Source: a virus. From it: a stretch of DNA of 64,000 nucleotides. Within the stretch, counting starts at the first letter, position 1. Each line of letters opens with the position of its first letter. The position numbers were made by a program, and so were the translations under genes. Positions 20,638-29,738 of the stretch are shown piece by piece. The stretch lies in IMG/VR virus record IMGVR_UViG_3300032164_000001; one strand, 5' to 3'. The notes beneath the pieces were generated by a model. That model was not told the DNA's origin and made no database searches. It saw nothing but the letters and a program-made list of their open reading frames with translations.

Positions 20638-21287
20638 TCGATGTCGAACATGGTGTCCACTCCACCTTCAATATCATCCAAGGCATCCCAAAGAGAATCT
20701 GCTTCACGAGAGCTCATGTCTTCCACAGCCATCAAGACTTCCCGCCAGTGCGTCTTGCCATTCCACTCTACTATTCGCCTGGCAAGATGGTAGGAAAGCG
20801 TCTTGCTCTCATCCTTGATCGATGTAGACAGAAACTCCTCGTCCGCACCACGTAGAAGACGACACTTCACCTGATTGCCGCCTGGCAGTGAAATGACTAG
20901 CGGCTCTCCTGTTTTGACATGTTGTATTCCTTCCGGAGAGACGGGTTTTACATCCAACTCGTTGAGCTTCACCGTCCAGTTGAAGTGCTGCCTGCAACCA
21001 GCACACGTGGTACGGAAATCGTACGAATCTCCAACGGAGGCGATCCGCAACTGGATCAACAGGTGGGTTCTATCTGAAGATAGCGCGTTGCTCCAGTCTG
21101 GCTTGCCATCCGTCATGGTATAAGGGCCAGCTTCTTGTGTCTCTAGCCAACAGGAGTCAAGAAGGGCGGTGAGCGTCTTACCCGCCCTGGCCAACTTTCG
21201 ATTGGTGAAGAGCTGCTCTTCCTTGACCTTCATCTCCCTTAACACACCACGCAGCCCAGATGGACATGTCACTTCTACGGTATTCAT
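20532..21287 (-). CDS. Tail assembly chaperone / T4 gp26-like hub assembly protein
   Basis: Between tube and tape measure; DR..LLIQLRIASVG; CAGC and CPHC zinc pairs. Confidence 0.8.
   Translation of the reverse strand: MNTVEVTCPSGLRGVLREMKVKEEQLFTNRKLARAGKTLTALLDSCWLETQEAGPYTMTDGKPDWSNALSSDRTHLLIQLRIASVGDSYDFRTTCAGCRQHFNWTVKLNELDVKPVSPEGIQHVKTGEPLVISLPGGNQVKCRLLRGADEEFLSTSIKDESKTLSYHLARRIVEWNGKTHWREVLMAVEDMSSREADSLWDALDDIEGGVDTMFDIECPHCYRLQQMILPFEAGFFSNRKRFSLSPVSEDG
20595..20601 (-). other. -1 ribosomal frameshift slippery site C CCU UUC
   Basis: X XXY YYZ heptamer in the correct frame of 20532..21287 and inside the overlap with the -1 ORF. Confidence 0.7.
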
Positions 21288-21312
21288 CTCTTTACCTCGT
21301 CGTCTTTACCTC

Positions 21313-21332
21313 GGCACGGGTCATCCCGTGCC
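21313..21332 (-). terminator. Hairpin after the tail tube gene
   Basis: GGCACGGG-4 nt-CCCGTGCC; no U-tract, so possibly an mRNA-stabilising or attenuating stem. Confidence 0.45.
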
Positions 21333-21335
21333 AGC

Positions 21336-21833
21336 TCACGCTCGCGACAGTTCGAACCAGTCGAACGTCAACGTGAGTGATTCGATCACAGCCTCGTCCG
21401 CCGTGGCATCCCACTCCCCCGCCACGAACTTTTGTGGCCAGCAATGAAACAGATCCCAGACGCAGAGCTCGGTCTGGCCATCACGGTCCATCTGATAGAC
21501 TGTCGCATTGCGCATGTAGGAATCCGTCTTTGCTCCAACTCCTCTGGTTGGAAACTCCCCTCGTGAGGCATTCACCGTCAAGATCATCCAGTCGTAGAAC
21601 GCTCTCGACGTGCTGGCGCCTCGTTCCAGTGTCACGTCAGCGAAAGTGACACGACCTGGAAGTTTCCAAGGGATGATTGAGCCCCCTTCCCAGTACTCGA
21701 TCTTTGCCACCTCGGCACTGAGCTCGGAGCACTTCTGAAAACCAGCAGAGATGCCCGGGCCGATGTCAACCAGAAATTGGTGCTTGGGGAAATACTCACG
21801 CTGGGTGCCCAGCATCTTGATGTCAGCAGGCAT
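21336..21833 (-). CDS. Tail tube protein (T4 gp19-like)
   Basis: AGFQKCSELSAEV..IEYWEGG...KLPGRVTFADVTLERG...CWPQKF...IESLTL. Confidence 0.95.
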   Translation of the reverse strand: MPADIKMLGTQREYFPKHQFLVDIGPGISAGFQKCSELSAEVAKIEYWEGGSIIPWKLPGRVTFADVTLERGASTSRAFYDWMILTVNASRGEFPTRGVGAKTDSYMRNATVYQMDRDGQTELCVWDLFHCWPQKFVAGEWDATADEAVIESLTLTFDWFELSRA

Positions 21834-21875
21834 TTTGTTCTACCTCCAAGTTACCTCTGCAATGGAGTCCCGTTG

Positions 21876-24122
21876 CTATTGCGCCGTGAAGCCGAGTTCG
21901 GCCTCAAGCGCCCTGGTGTCCTTCACAACTCTGATGACGATGAACTCGGCTGGCGAGTTCGTCGCCAATCCAACGCGGACGACAAGTTGCCCGGCGCGCA
22001 CGACGGACGGAGGATTCAGTGCTTCACTCACGTCAACGAAGAAAGCAGTTGCTGGATCGTCGGAGGCAAAAGCACCACGACGCATCCATCCATGAAGCAG
22101 TGCGTACACTTCTTTGTAGACCTGCCTACGAAGCGTTGGCGTGTTGTTTCGATGCCTGACCCACTGCAAGCCAGAGTACAGCTGGGACTCGACATAGGAG
22201 ACGCCGCGTCGTTCGCCAACACTGGGAAAGTTCCCAGTAGCCTTCAGCGTGCGAGCGCCGTCAACAAAAATCCCATATCCGCGAAGATATGAGATCGGAT
22301 TGATCCGCAGTGGAAAGATGCGATCTCGCACGCTCTCGAACTTGACCGTCTCGTTCTCTAGTCCAACCACTCCGTACGGTTTTCCACCGTCTGTGCCGGC
22401 AGGCTGATAGAATGGACCCTCTGTGAAGGATGCATCGTCTCTGGCCATAATGCCGGCGATGAAACCGGATGGCGCGACGGTGATCGTCTGCACGTTCGAG
22501 CCATAGACGACCTTGGACGGATTCGCGATGACCAGCCGTGGCCAGTACAAAGCAGCATTCTCTGTCACCCCTTCAGAGCCAAGATTGGCTTGTTGCGTTC
22601 TGACACCAGCATCGGACAAGTCGGCCTGTGGATCAAGAATAGCAAACACGAGCTTGTTGCGTACGATTTCACAGTACTGGATCATGGCCTTTTGCACGGC
22701 CATGGTGCCAATGTCTGGAATGGACAAGATGGTCAAGTCGTCTGCCGAATCAAGGGCATACATGCCAGTCTTGAGTGTTTCATCACCGATGTAATCAGTG
22801 TCCGTCAGACTCGTCAGGCCGTCGTTGCCACCGGAGAGTGACAATCCGGAGGTGTTGGCAGGAACGCGTTGCGTTGCCGTGCCAGTGGCTGATAGGTCAT
22901 CGGCTTCAAAATACCAGGAACCTGTACCGGTGGCATTCACCACCGTCTCAACATATCTGGCGGCCGTGGTGTCCATGGATACATTTGGGAAGGCCTCGAT
23001 CACATCGATGCCCCGAATCACGTTCAGATTGAATTCGGCAGCGTTGCCCGACGTGGCCGCAGTGACCTGCGCCTTCAGACTGTTGGCATAGGCACCAGGC
23101 GTCTTGCCCCACACCTTCAGTGTGCTCTGTGTCGCCGAGTCCGAGCCCGTGTGCAATGTCGTGTCAAGACCAAGAACCGTCTCAACCGTCGAGGAGCTCT
23201 TCACCTGCAGCGTCGAAGCGACGCCGGTGTCAACGGTGGAAATCTTCACGGCACCGGACACAGAGACAATGGCCACGCCGCCGCCGCTGGTCCATGCAGC
23301 CTCGACAACCGTCTCGACCTCGGAGATCGTGACGGCTTTGATGTTGGACACATTGCCGGTGCCTTGTGCCTCACTGAGTGAGAAGGCGAGGATGGCATTG
23401 GCCGAGCCGCCGGTGATTTCGACGTAGGAGCCAGTGCCACGCCGGTCGGACTCGATGCTGACCTTGGTGTGACCTGTGGCCAGCTTGGCCTTGGCCCCAT
23501 AGATCTGTGCATTGACAGCAATGACAACTTCCTCCGCCGTGGCCGCAGCTGGAACAGCGAAGTATGTATTTGGGAAGGTGAGCGTCTGCACGACGTCGCG
23601 GTCGATCTTCACTGTCAATGCTTCGTCACCGCCGGCGGAGAAGTCATACGTCTCGGCGTTGGCACAGGCCACAGATGCTGGAGTGGCGGTGAAGGTCGCT
23701 GTCTGATCAGCCAGGCCATCGACGCTGCCGACCAGTGTGTCATTGGCTGTCATCACCCATGGACCAGTCGTCATGCCCTGTACGACAGCAGGACTGGCGG
23801 AGATAGCATTTGTCGGTAAAGTCACAGAGGCCTTCACCGCCGTGGCCACGCCACCTGCATAGTGACATGTGCGAACCACGTAGCACTGCCGACCACCCTG
23901 CAGGTAGAAGGCGCGAACGGCGAGAGCCAATTCTCGCCCAGCGATCATTCCTCCAAAATTCTGCTCGTACTCCGAGTAGGACCCGAGCAATGTGGCTGTT
24001 CCTATGGCCCCGCGTTCCGCAATGCCCACGATACCATAGACAGCACTTGGCGCCGATGGAAAACCTCGGATAATCGGCTCCTCTTCAGTGATTACTATCT
24101 TCGATGAAAGCAGCTCTGGCAT
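21876..24122 (-). CDS. Contractile tail sheath protein with inserted domains
   Basis: GIVGIAERG; LSGGNDG; AALYWP; APSGFIAG; RINPI; DGARTL; VRAGQLVVRVGLATNSPAEFIVIR. Confidence 0.97.
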   Translation of the reverse strand: MPELLSSKIVITEEEPIIRGFPSAPSAVYGIVGIAERGAIGTATLLGSYSEYEQNFGGMIAGRELALAVRAFYLQGGRQCYVVRTCHYAGGVATAVKASVTLPTNAISASPAVVQGMTTGPWVMTANDTLVGSVDGLADQTATFTATPASVACANAETYDFSAGGDEALTVKIDRDVVQTLTFPNTYFAVPAAATAEEVVIAVNAQIYGAKAKLATGHTKVSIESDRRGTGSYVEITGGSANAILAFSLSEAQGTGNVSNIKAVTISEVETVVEAAWTSGGGVAIVSVSGAVKISTVDTGVASTLQVKSSSTVETVLGLDTTLHTGSDSATQSTLKVWGKTPGAYANSLKAQVTAATSGNAAEFNLNVIRGIDVIEAFPNVSMDTTAARYVETVVNATGTGSWYFEADDLSATGTATQRVPANTSGLSLSGGNDGLTSLTDTDYIGDETLKTGMYALDSADDLTILSIPDIGTMAVQKAMIQYCEIVRNKLVFAILDPQADLSDAGVRTQQANLGSEGVTENAALYWPRLVIANPSKVVYGSNVQTITVAPSGFIAGIMARDDASFTEGPFYQPAGTDGGKPYGVVGLENETVKFESVRDRIFPLRINPISYLRGYGIFVDGARTLKATGNFPSVGERRGVSYVESQLYSGLQWVRHRNNTPTLRRQVYKEVYALLHGWMRRGAFASDDPATAFFVDVSEALNPPSVVRAGQLVVRVGLATNSPAEFIVIRVVKDTRALEAELGFTAQ

Positions 24123-24161
24123 TGCTAGCCTCCCAAGTCTTGGTGGCGGTTGTGAAACACA

Positions 24162-25133
24162 CTACCACAAAGGAATTGTTTCCACCAGAGTTCCCATTGG
24201 TCTCTGCACCTGCAATCCTGCTTGCTCTACGGTCCCCCAAACTCTGTAATAGGGTGGCAAGTACAGAATTGGCACACGCCTTATCTCCAATTTTGTCGAG
24301 AAGTTGTGCAAATTGGCGTTGAAGATTCCAGTTCCAGGGGACGGTTCGTCTGTCATGACCATGGGAAGCCGAACCTCGGAACCGGATGGAACGTCGCCGG
24401 ATATTACCATATATGGGTTGCGCCAAACCACCTTCCGTACAGCCGACATCAGGGTTATGAATTCTGTCTGTGAGTCGGAATTGCCAAGAAGCGTGTAGCG
24501 CAATGTGTGCATTATCGGATTTGGCCACACAAGTGCGGTGCCGTCCGGTTGAACCTCTGTAATAGATTCGTTCTCCCATCCATAGGCATCCGGAAATATC
24601 TCCGGGCCCAAGGCATAAATCGACGGAACACCTGCCTGTGCAACCTCCACTCCATCAGAGGAGAAGTCGGTGTGCGTGCGCGGACTGGCATTGACTAACA
24701 CCTCACGCTTCATCAAGTACAACAAACGACGCGTGATCCGTGTAATCGGAGACTCTGCACCCAGAGTTGGCTTCCTCAGATCCTCTCTGGTGTATGTGAA
24801 CGCTGCCGTCCTTGTCACCGACTCGCCAGGGATTGGTTCTAGGTTGTCATTCAGGTTCTGAACAGTGACAGACGTCGCAGGGTACACATCCAGATCGACG
24901 TCTCCGTCATACGCTGGAGCCAGCGCGTCAAGCCGTCCGGCGGTAAAGACGAGAACCAGGCCACTAGCTATGGATCCGAACAGAACACTAACGTAGCAGT
25001 TGTCTCGACCCTGCACTACACCAGACGATGGAGGAGTGTACAATCTGAAATTTGTGCCGGTGATCGATACAAGTTCTCCACCACCGGCCGGGCCGGTAAC
25101 AGGAGCAATGGTTGCAATCGTTGGCACTGCCAT
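24162..25133 (-). CDS. IPT/TIG-domain tail completion/terminator-like protein
   Basis: N-terminal PTIATIAPVTGPAGGGELVSITGTNF (IPT/TIG); directly upstream of the sheath gene. Confidence 0.7.
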   Translation of the reverse strand: MAVPTIATIAPVTGPAGGGELVSITGTNFRLYTPPSSGVVQGRDNCYVSVLFGSIASGLVLVFTAGRLDALAPAYDGDVDLDVYPATSVTVQNLNDNLEPIPGESVTRTAAFTYTREDLRKPTLGAESPITRITRRLLYLMKREVLVNASPRTHTDFSSDGVEVAQAGVPSIYALGPEIFPDAYGWENESITEVQPDGTALVWPNPIMHTLRYTLLGNSDSQTEFITLMSAVRKVVWRNPYMVISGDVPSGSEVRLPMVMTDEPSPGTGIFNANLHNFSTKLEIRRVPILYLPPYYRVWGTVEQAGLQVQRPMGTLVETIPLW

Positions 25134-25145
25134 GGTTATGCCTCG

Positions 25146-25778
25146 CTACGGCTTGCCAAACATAGAGTCCAATGCCAGATTCAAGTACTCTACAGCCTTG
25201 CCAGCCAAGGCATTGAAAGTTTGCTCCCAAAGTGGACGAGCAGGAGACCATACCGTGATGTAACGTCCAAAGCCACCCTTTGGTAGGTGATAAGTAGGCT
25301 TCTTCGTTATCTCACCGTATAGCACTAGCAGGTATGCACTCATTCTGAACGTTACCGGCACCGTTCTGGTAAACCCTGTCTCCTGCATAGCAGCTATTTC
25401 ATCCAATGTAACGTAGCCGCCGCCAGAGAATGCAGACACCTTGCCTTCTTCAACACCGACCACATATGTCAGGTCAGAGTCTTTCATCCAGGCAATTGAC
25501 TTGGCCAGCTCACCACTTCTGTGTAAAGTGCGAGAACTACGATATGCAAGAATTGGCGGTCTCTCGGCCCCCTGTACCTTGCCGATTCTCCTCTTGGCTA
25601 ACGTGGAAGACGCCAGACCTGGAGTCACTCTACCAGAAGTTATATTGCTACGTAGCTCTTGAACCGCCTCTTTGGCCAAGGACTTCAACGCCCAGTCCAA
25701 ACTCTTCTTGGCACCTTTAAACCGCTTTACCGACTCGCGGGCCAAGTCCATTCCATCCATTGCCATGTCGACAAGCAT
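25146..25778 (-). CDS. Neck/tail completion (virion morphogenesis) protein
   Basis: LASSTLAKR, LHRSGELAKSI, IAAMQETG, PARP motifs. Confidence 0.75.
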   Translation of the reverse strand: MLVDMAMDGMDLARESVKRFKGAKKSLDWALKSLAKEAVQELRSNITSGRVTPGLASSTLAKRRIGKVQGAERPPILAYRSSRTLHRSGELAKSIAWMKDSDLTYVVGVEEGKVSAFSGGGYVTLDEIAAMQETGFTRTVPVTFRMSAYLLVLYGEITKKPTYHLPKGGFGRYITVWSPARPLWEQTFNALAGKAVEYLNLALDSMFGKP

Positions 25779-26308
25779 CAGACCACAACCTCACGATCTG
25801 AAAGAAAGGCAATGAACAGATCTGTACCATCAACACCGAAGCCGAATGAAGCCGGTTGCAGTTCTACAATGAAAAGTCCGGGGGCTTTGACTGGAACTGT
25901 AGGCACGCCGACTTTTCGAGTCGACTCAATCGATGACACGCGATCGTTACGACCGATGAGTGGCTCCTTGTTGCCGGAGTCGAACAACTTCATTCGCTTC
26001 AAATCTGTTCTGTGAAATACAAGTTGAATACCATTCTGTGAATCCACGCCCGGGGGTTGTTGATTCAACCGTTCGAAGCGATTCATCTCCACCTGGCATG
26101 GGATGCGAACCGCTGGGTATTCACTGCGTGCATTGTCCCGTATGGTCTTTCCTTGCCGCCTGGCGTCAAATGTGATCGGCTCTCTGAAGTCTTTGTCGTA
26201 TCCAGTGGACTGCCCGGAGTATGGATGAAGAGAAGCAGTGGCAGGCACATTCAGTCGATGCACGACCGCTATAGACTTCTCGAGAAGCAGTGGCACACTG
26301 AATGCCAT
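25778..26308 (-). CDS. Head closure-like protein
   Basis: GYDKDFREP...IPCQVE; follows the adaptor gene. Confidence 0.6.
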   Translation of the reverse strand: MAFSVPLLLEKSIAVVHRLNVPATASLHPYSGQSTGYDKDFREPITFDARRQGKTIRDNARSEYPAVRIPCQVEMNRFERLNQQPPGVDSQNGIQLVFHRTDLKRMKLFDSGNKEPLIGRNDRVSSIESTRKVGVPTVPVKAPGLFIVELQPASFGFGVDGTDLFIAFLSDREVVV

Positions 26309-27366
26309 TACCCGGCAACTCCTACATGAGTCGGACGGCAGTAGCCAAGAATGATGTTGTCCAGTCTAGGATCGCCTGTCATGCTCGAACTTGCAGAGCC
26401 ACTCGTTCCACTGGTGTCGAATGCAATCTGTTGATCTCTCGTCTTTGCCATCTTGACCCGCCCTGGATTCTGCAGCATCGGATCTTGCCCGAGCGGGTCC
26501 TGCAGTTGACGATAGGCCAATCCCAGGATGACCTCCTGAAGCTGCTGTGGCACCTGGCCAAACGGGCCACCATCCGGGTCCGTGTAGCCAAATGCGCCAG
26601 TGATCAACACGTTCTTTGCCCCCTGTGGGAACAAAGACACGGTTGGTTGTTCATCATCCACAATGCCAACGATGGTGATCTTTGGATTTTCCCTGTCATC
26701 CGGCGACAGCAGATACGACAGATGCCGATTGAAGATGCGAATGGTGCTTGAGTCAAGGACGTACTCGGTGATTTGCTCGGCGTACACACTCGCAGACTCG
26801 ACAGCGAGCTCGCCCACACCGACGATCGGCTGGTCGAGCCAGAGCTGCTTGCTCTCTGGACGAACACTGTGCCTCAGGGTCATATACCGTGGGAAGAAGA
26901 AGCGCCCCGTGAGCCGCTCCACCACTCGCGATGCCGCCTCCAGCGCACGCTGGCGTTGCTCAACGGAGAAATCCGCCAACGCTTCGATATTGGAATCGGC
27001 GTAGGAGACGTACCTTGAGCTCACCCTGAAGGCCTTGGGGTCTAACACTTCAAAGGTGTAAGCCGTCACGGACTCGTCAGCACTGCCATTTGCCCTGTAG
27101 TACCACACTATCTCATGAGCACCGACTTCAACCGAGACGGCCTCAGTGTCAAATGGGGCAACATAGTAGCCAAGTGCCTTCCTGCAGCCGCCCTCGGCAC
27201 AATCATCGAGGCTCATGCGAGCGGAATGAACCTTGGAACCGGTAGGGACGAAGAAGACCTCAAAGCGAAGGGAGTGCAGGTCTACAAGAAAACCATCCTC
27301 TTGGTAGAAAAAGGGGAGCAGCGGGTTGTTACAGGAGGAAGCATCCCCCTTCACAATACCGGGCAT
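26308..27366 (-). CDS. Head-tail adaptor/connector protein
   Basis: ALEAASRVVERLTGRFF; FPQGAKNVLITGAFGY; TGDPRLDNIILGY. Confidence 0.75.
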   Translation of the reverse strand: MPGIVKGDASSCNNPLLPFFYQEDGFLVDLHSLRFEVFFVPTGSKVHSARMSLDDCAEGGCRKALGYYVAPFDTEAVSVEVGAHEIVWYYRANGSADESVTAYTFEVLDPKAFRVSSRYVSYADSNIEALADFSVEQRQRALEAASRVVERLTGRFFFPRYMTLRHSVRPESKQLWLDQPIVGVGELAVESASVYAEQITEYVLDSSTIRIFNRHLSYLLSPDDRENPKITIVGIVDDEQPTVSLFPQGAKNVLITGAFGYTDPDGGPFGQVPQQLQEVILGLAYRQLQDPLGQDPMLQNPGRVKMAKTRDQQIAFDTSGTSGSASSSMTGDPRLDNIILGYCRPTHVGVAG

Positions 27367-27741
27367 TCAGCCCTCCCGCGGGCAAGTGGAGCGAATGGCT
27401 TTCTTCAACCGCCTGACACAATCAGAGTGCCGTGCGCTCTCCGAGTTCGTGTACTCGACAGACAAGCGATGGATGTCATCCTTTGTCGCAAGGAACGTGA
27501 ACTTGTACTTCGCTGGCTGCCCATTCTTCTTGAAGCCCTCTTCCACCATCTCTGCCACGGGCAAGTCCAGCATGAGACAGTACGCGGCGAAGTCTAAGTC
27601 AAACACATCCACTGTGCCATCGCTGTGCGCACGATAGGACAGAGCATAGCTGAGAAGTTGCCGCGTGGTCTCTCTCCCAGAAGGATCTCTTCCTGAGGTT
27701 TCCCTCGTCGGGTCGTTGTATCTTTGCATGTCCTGCATCAT
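27367..27741 (-). CDS. DUF5659-like protein
   Basis: DLDFAAYCL...KFTF motif. Confidence 0.55.
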   Translation of the reverse strand: MMQDMQRYNDPTRETSGRDPSGRETTRQLLSYALSYRAHSDGTVDVFDLDFAAYCLMLDLPVAEMVEEGFKKNGQPAKYKFTFLATKDDIHRLSVEYTNSESARHSDCVRRLKKAIRSTCPREG

Positions 27742-28265
27742 TCGTTCGACCCGGGCGGCTTCGTCACCGGCATGGGAATGTCAGCCGTTGTGATGGCACC
27801 AAAGTTTTTCTCGGCCTGGATGGCCCTCCTGCCACCCGCTCTTCCTGTCGGAATGGCCGCCGCGCGACTGTTGTCCACCAGTGGTGAGGGCATGACATCC
27901 GTTGCGGTGATGGGTGGCGGTGCGATCGACGGAGCATCAAGGTTGATGGTCGGCGGGGCCTCGTAGCCCTTTGGCAACGAGATCGTCGCCGTCAAGGCAC
28001 CAATCGCTGCAAGGAACTTGTCCTGCTCTCCACGCTCGGTGGCCAGCTTCTGCGATTCGTCGCAGATCTGAAACAGTGGCTGTGACCGTGGGTCCGAGTG
28101 CACTTGTCGCAGCTCTGAGAGCTCATCAGCCAAAGCCTGGCTCACCTCATACCACGTGGGGCGTTCACCACCGCGGAACATGTATCCACGGTAGGTGTAT
28201 CCCTGCACAGTGATCCCAACACGCGGATTCGCTGGCAGAAGACGAACGAAAACCTTGTCTGACAT
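27738..28265 (-). CDS. Hypothetical virion-operon protein
   Basis: 175 aa; GAGGTAAAG RBS; ATGA overlap with the next gene. Confidence 0.7.
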   Translation of the reverse strand: MSDKVFVRLLPANPRVGITVQGYTYRGYMFRGGERPTWYEVSQALADELSELRQVHSDPRSQPLFQICDESQKLATERGEQDKFLAAIGALTATISLPKGYEAPPTINLDAPSIAPPPITATDVMPSPLVDNSRAAAIPTGRAGGRRAIQAEKNFGAITTADIPMPVTKPPGSNE

Positions 28266-28285
28266 TTCTTTACCTCATTTTGTTT

Positions 28286-28313
28286 TGGCAGGGAGTCCGA
28301 AGACTCCCTGCCA
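28286..28313 (-). terminator. 12-bp stem with cUUCGg tetraloop after the capsid and decoration genes
   Basis: TGGCAGGGAGTC-TTCG-GACTCCCTGCCA on the minus strand. Confidence 0.65.
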
Positions 28314-28321
28314 TTTTCGCA

Positions 28322-28663
28322 TCAGATGCAGGTGACGAGCAACGTCACACTGACACCGGTCGTGAGATCCGCCTGTGCGATCTCGACACCGGTCGAGGCC
28401 AGTGTGAAGTACAACTTGTCGGCTGCCACATCATACGTGGGGAACATGTCAACCGTGGTTGCATTGGCCGACTTCAGCGGAGTCCCACGGACGACGGAGA
28501 CAACCGTCACATCGCGTTTCACGTATGCGCGAACAAAGGCCTGGAAGGCGGTGTAGCCACCAGCCGGATAGGCCGCATCGGCCACGAAGACCATCTTGAT
28601 GATATCGATTGGAGCCGAAGCAGACTTCTTCAGCTGCGTGACGGTGGGAGTACCGAGTGCCAT
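28322..28663 (-). CDS. Capsid decoration/minor head protein
   Basis: 113 aa directly after the major capsid gene; DAAYPAGGY motif; GGAGG RBS. Confidence 0.65.
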   Translation of the reverse strand: MALGTPTVTQLKKSASAPIDIIKMVFVADAAYPAGGYTAFQAFVRAYVKRDVTVVSVVRGTPLKSANATTVDMFPTYDVAADKLYFTLASTGVEIAQADLTTGVSVTLLVTCI

Positions 28664-28677
28664 TGTATCTCCTCCAT

Positions 28678-28697
28678 GACGAGCCGTTAGGCTCGTC
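28678..28697 (-). other. Hairpin between major capsid and decoration genes
   Basis: GACGAGCC-4 nt-GGCTCGTC. Confidence 0.45.
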
Positions 28698-28748
28698 GCT
28701 CAGGGCAAACGAAGAGTCAACTACTTCAACATCAACCGCAAGAGTTGC

Positions 28749-29672
28749 TTACGAACCCTTGACGTTGATCGCCTTCACCACGGCGTACGGCTCGGCCAGC
28801 TTCACGTCGAAGCGCACCGTGCAGACGATGATGACAACACCGGCCGAGATATCCTCGTCCACCTTCAGCTTGATGGTCCTGAGGATGCCAACGTAGATCC
28901 CCTCCGGGTCGCACAGCAGGCCATGCGTGTTGTTGCTGCCATCGACAGGGAACTCGGGAACGGAGTGCACTGGCATGTCGGCGTACACCGTCTTGTCCGA
29001 CATCGTGATCATTGCATCGCCGAGCGGTGTCGCCCTGTCTGCAAGGGAATCACGGTAGTCGATCCGGGCTTGCCTGTTTGTGAAGTACTGGAGGTTGCCC
29101 ATCTCTGCGAACTCGTCTGGCATCATCCGGTACATGTCACGCAGAATGGTCTTCGACAGTTTGGCACTGCCGGCGTTGACCGACCACACGTTTGTCTGCT
29201 CAAAGATGCCATTCAGCTTTGCCAGAACCGGATCCGCCGACGCGGTATTTCCGTTGACGCAGACCCATTCCATGTCACGGCCGATGGCCTTCGTGAGCTC
29301 CTGCATGAGGGTATCACGGAACACACCGCGCTCGATCTGGTCCTCGAGCACTTCGTCTGACAGCCTGACCTCGGCCTTGAACAGCTGGGCATCCAGCGTG
29401 AACATGCCAAGGGCTGGCTTCGCCCACGCCGCACTCGGCAGGGCAGTGGCTTCCTGACCGGCTCGCAGCACACGGGTGGCGAACCGCATCTTGTCTCGCT
29501 CCTCCTTGAAGTTCTTCATCGGGGTGACCGTGCAGAGCTTCAGGATGACTGGCTGCTTGATCGCGAGCTGGATGAAGGTGTCGGCTTGGTCTGGCTGCAA
29601 TACACCACCAGACGTGAAGTCCGCGACAGCGAGCTCAGCCTTCTGAAGGAGGGTCCTGTTTTCCGTCGACAT
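28749..29672 (-). CDS. Major capsid protein (HK97 fold, XkdG-like)
   Basis: GGVLQPDQADTFI; KAEVRLSDEVLEDQIE; DME..VNG; RFDVKLAE; AGGAGG RBS. Confidence 0.92.
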   Translation of the reverse strand: MSTENRTLLQKAELAVADFTSGGVLQPDQADTFIQLAIKQPVILKLCTVTPMKNFKEERDKMRFATRVLRAGQEATALPSAAWAKPALGMFTLDAQLFKAEVRLSDEVLEDQIERGVFRDTLMQELTKAIGRDMEWVCVNGNTASADPVLAKLNGIFEQTNVWSVNAGSAKLSKTILRDMYRMMPDEFAEMGNLQYFTNRQARIDYRDSLADRATPLGDAMITMSDKTVYADMPVHSVPEFPVDGSNNTHGLLCDPEGIYVGILRTIKLKVDEDISAGVVIIVCTVRFDVKLAEPYAVVKAINVKGS

Positions 29673-29738
29673 TTGCTATCCTCCTGGATTTGTTTTTTCT
29701 CGAGCTTTCTCTTTCGCCCGGGCTGACTCCCGCCTCGC

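Noticed and set aside
11616-25133. Extracellular contractile injection system (PVC/Afp) or tailocin
   Set aside because: The tail genes are contiguous with portal, protease, capsid and neck genes, so this is a phage tail.
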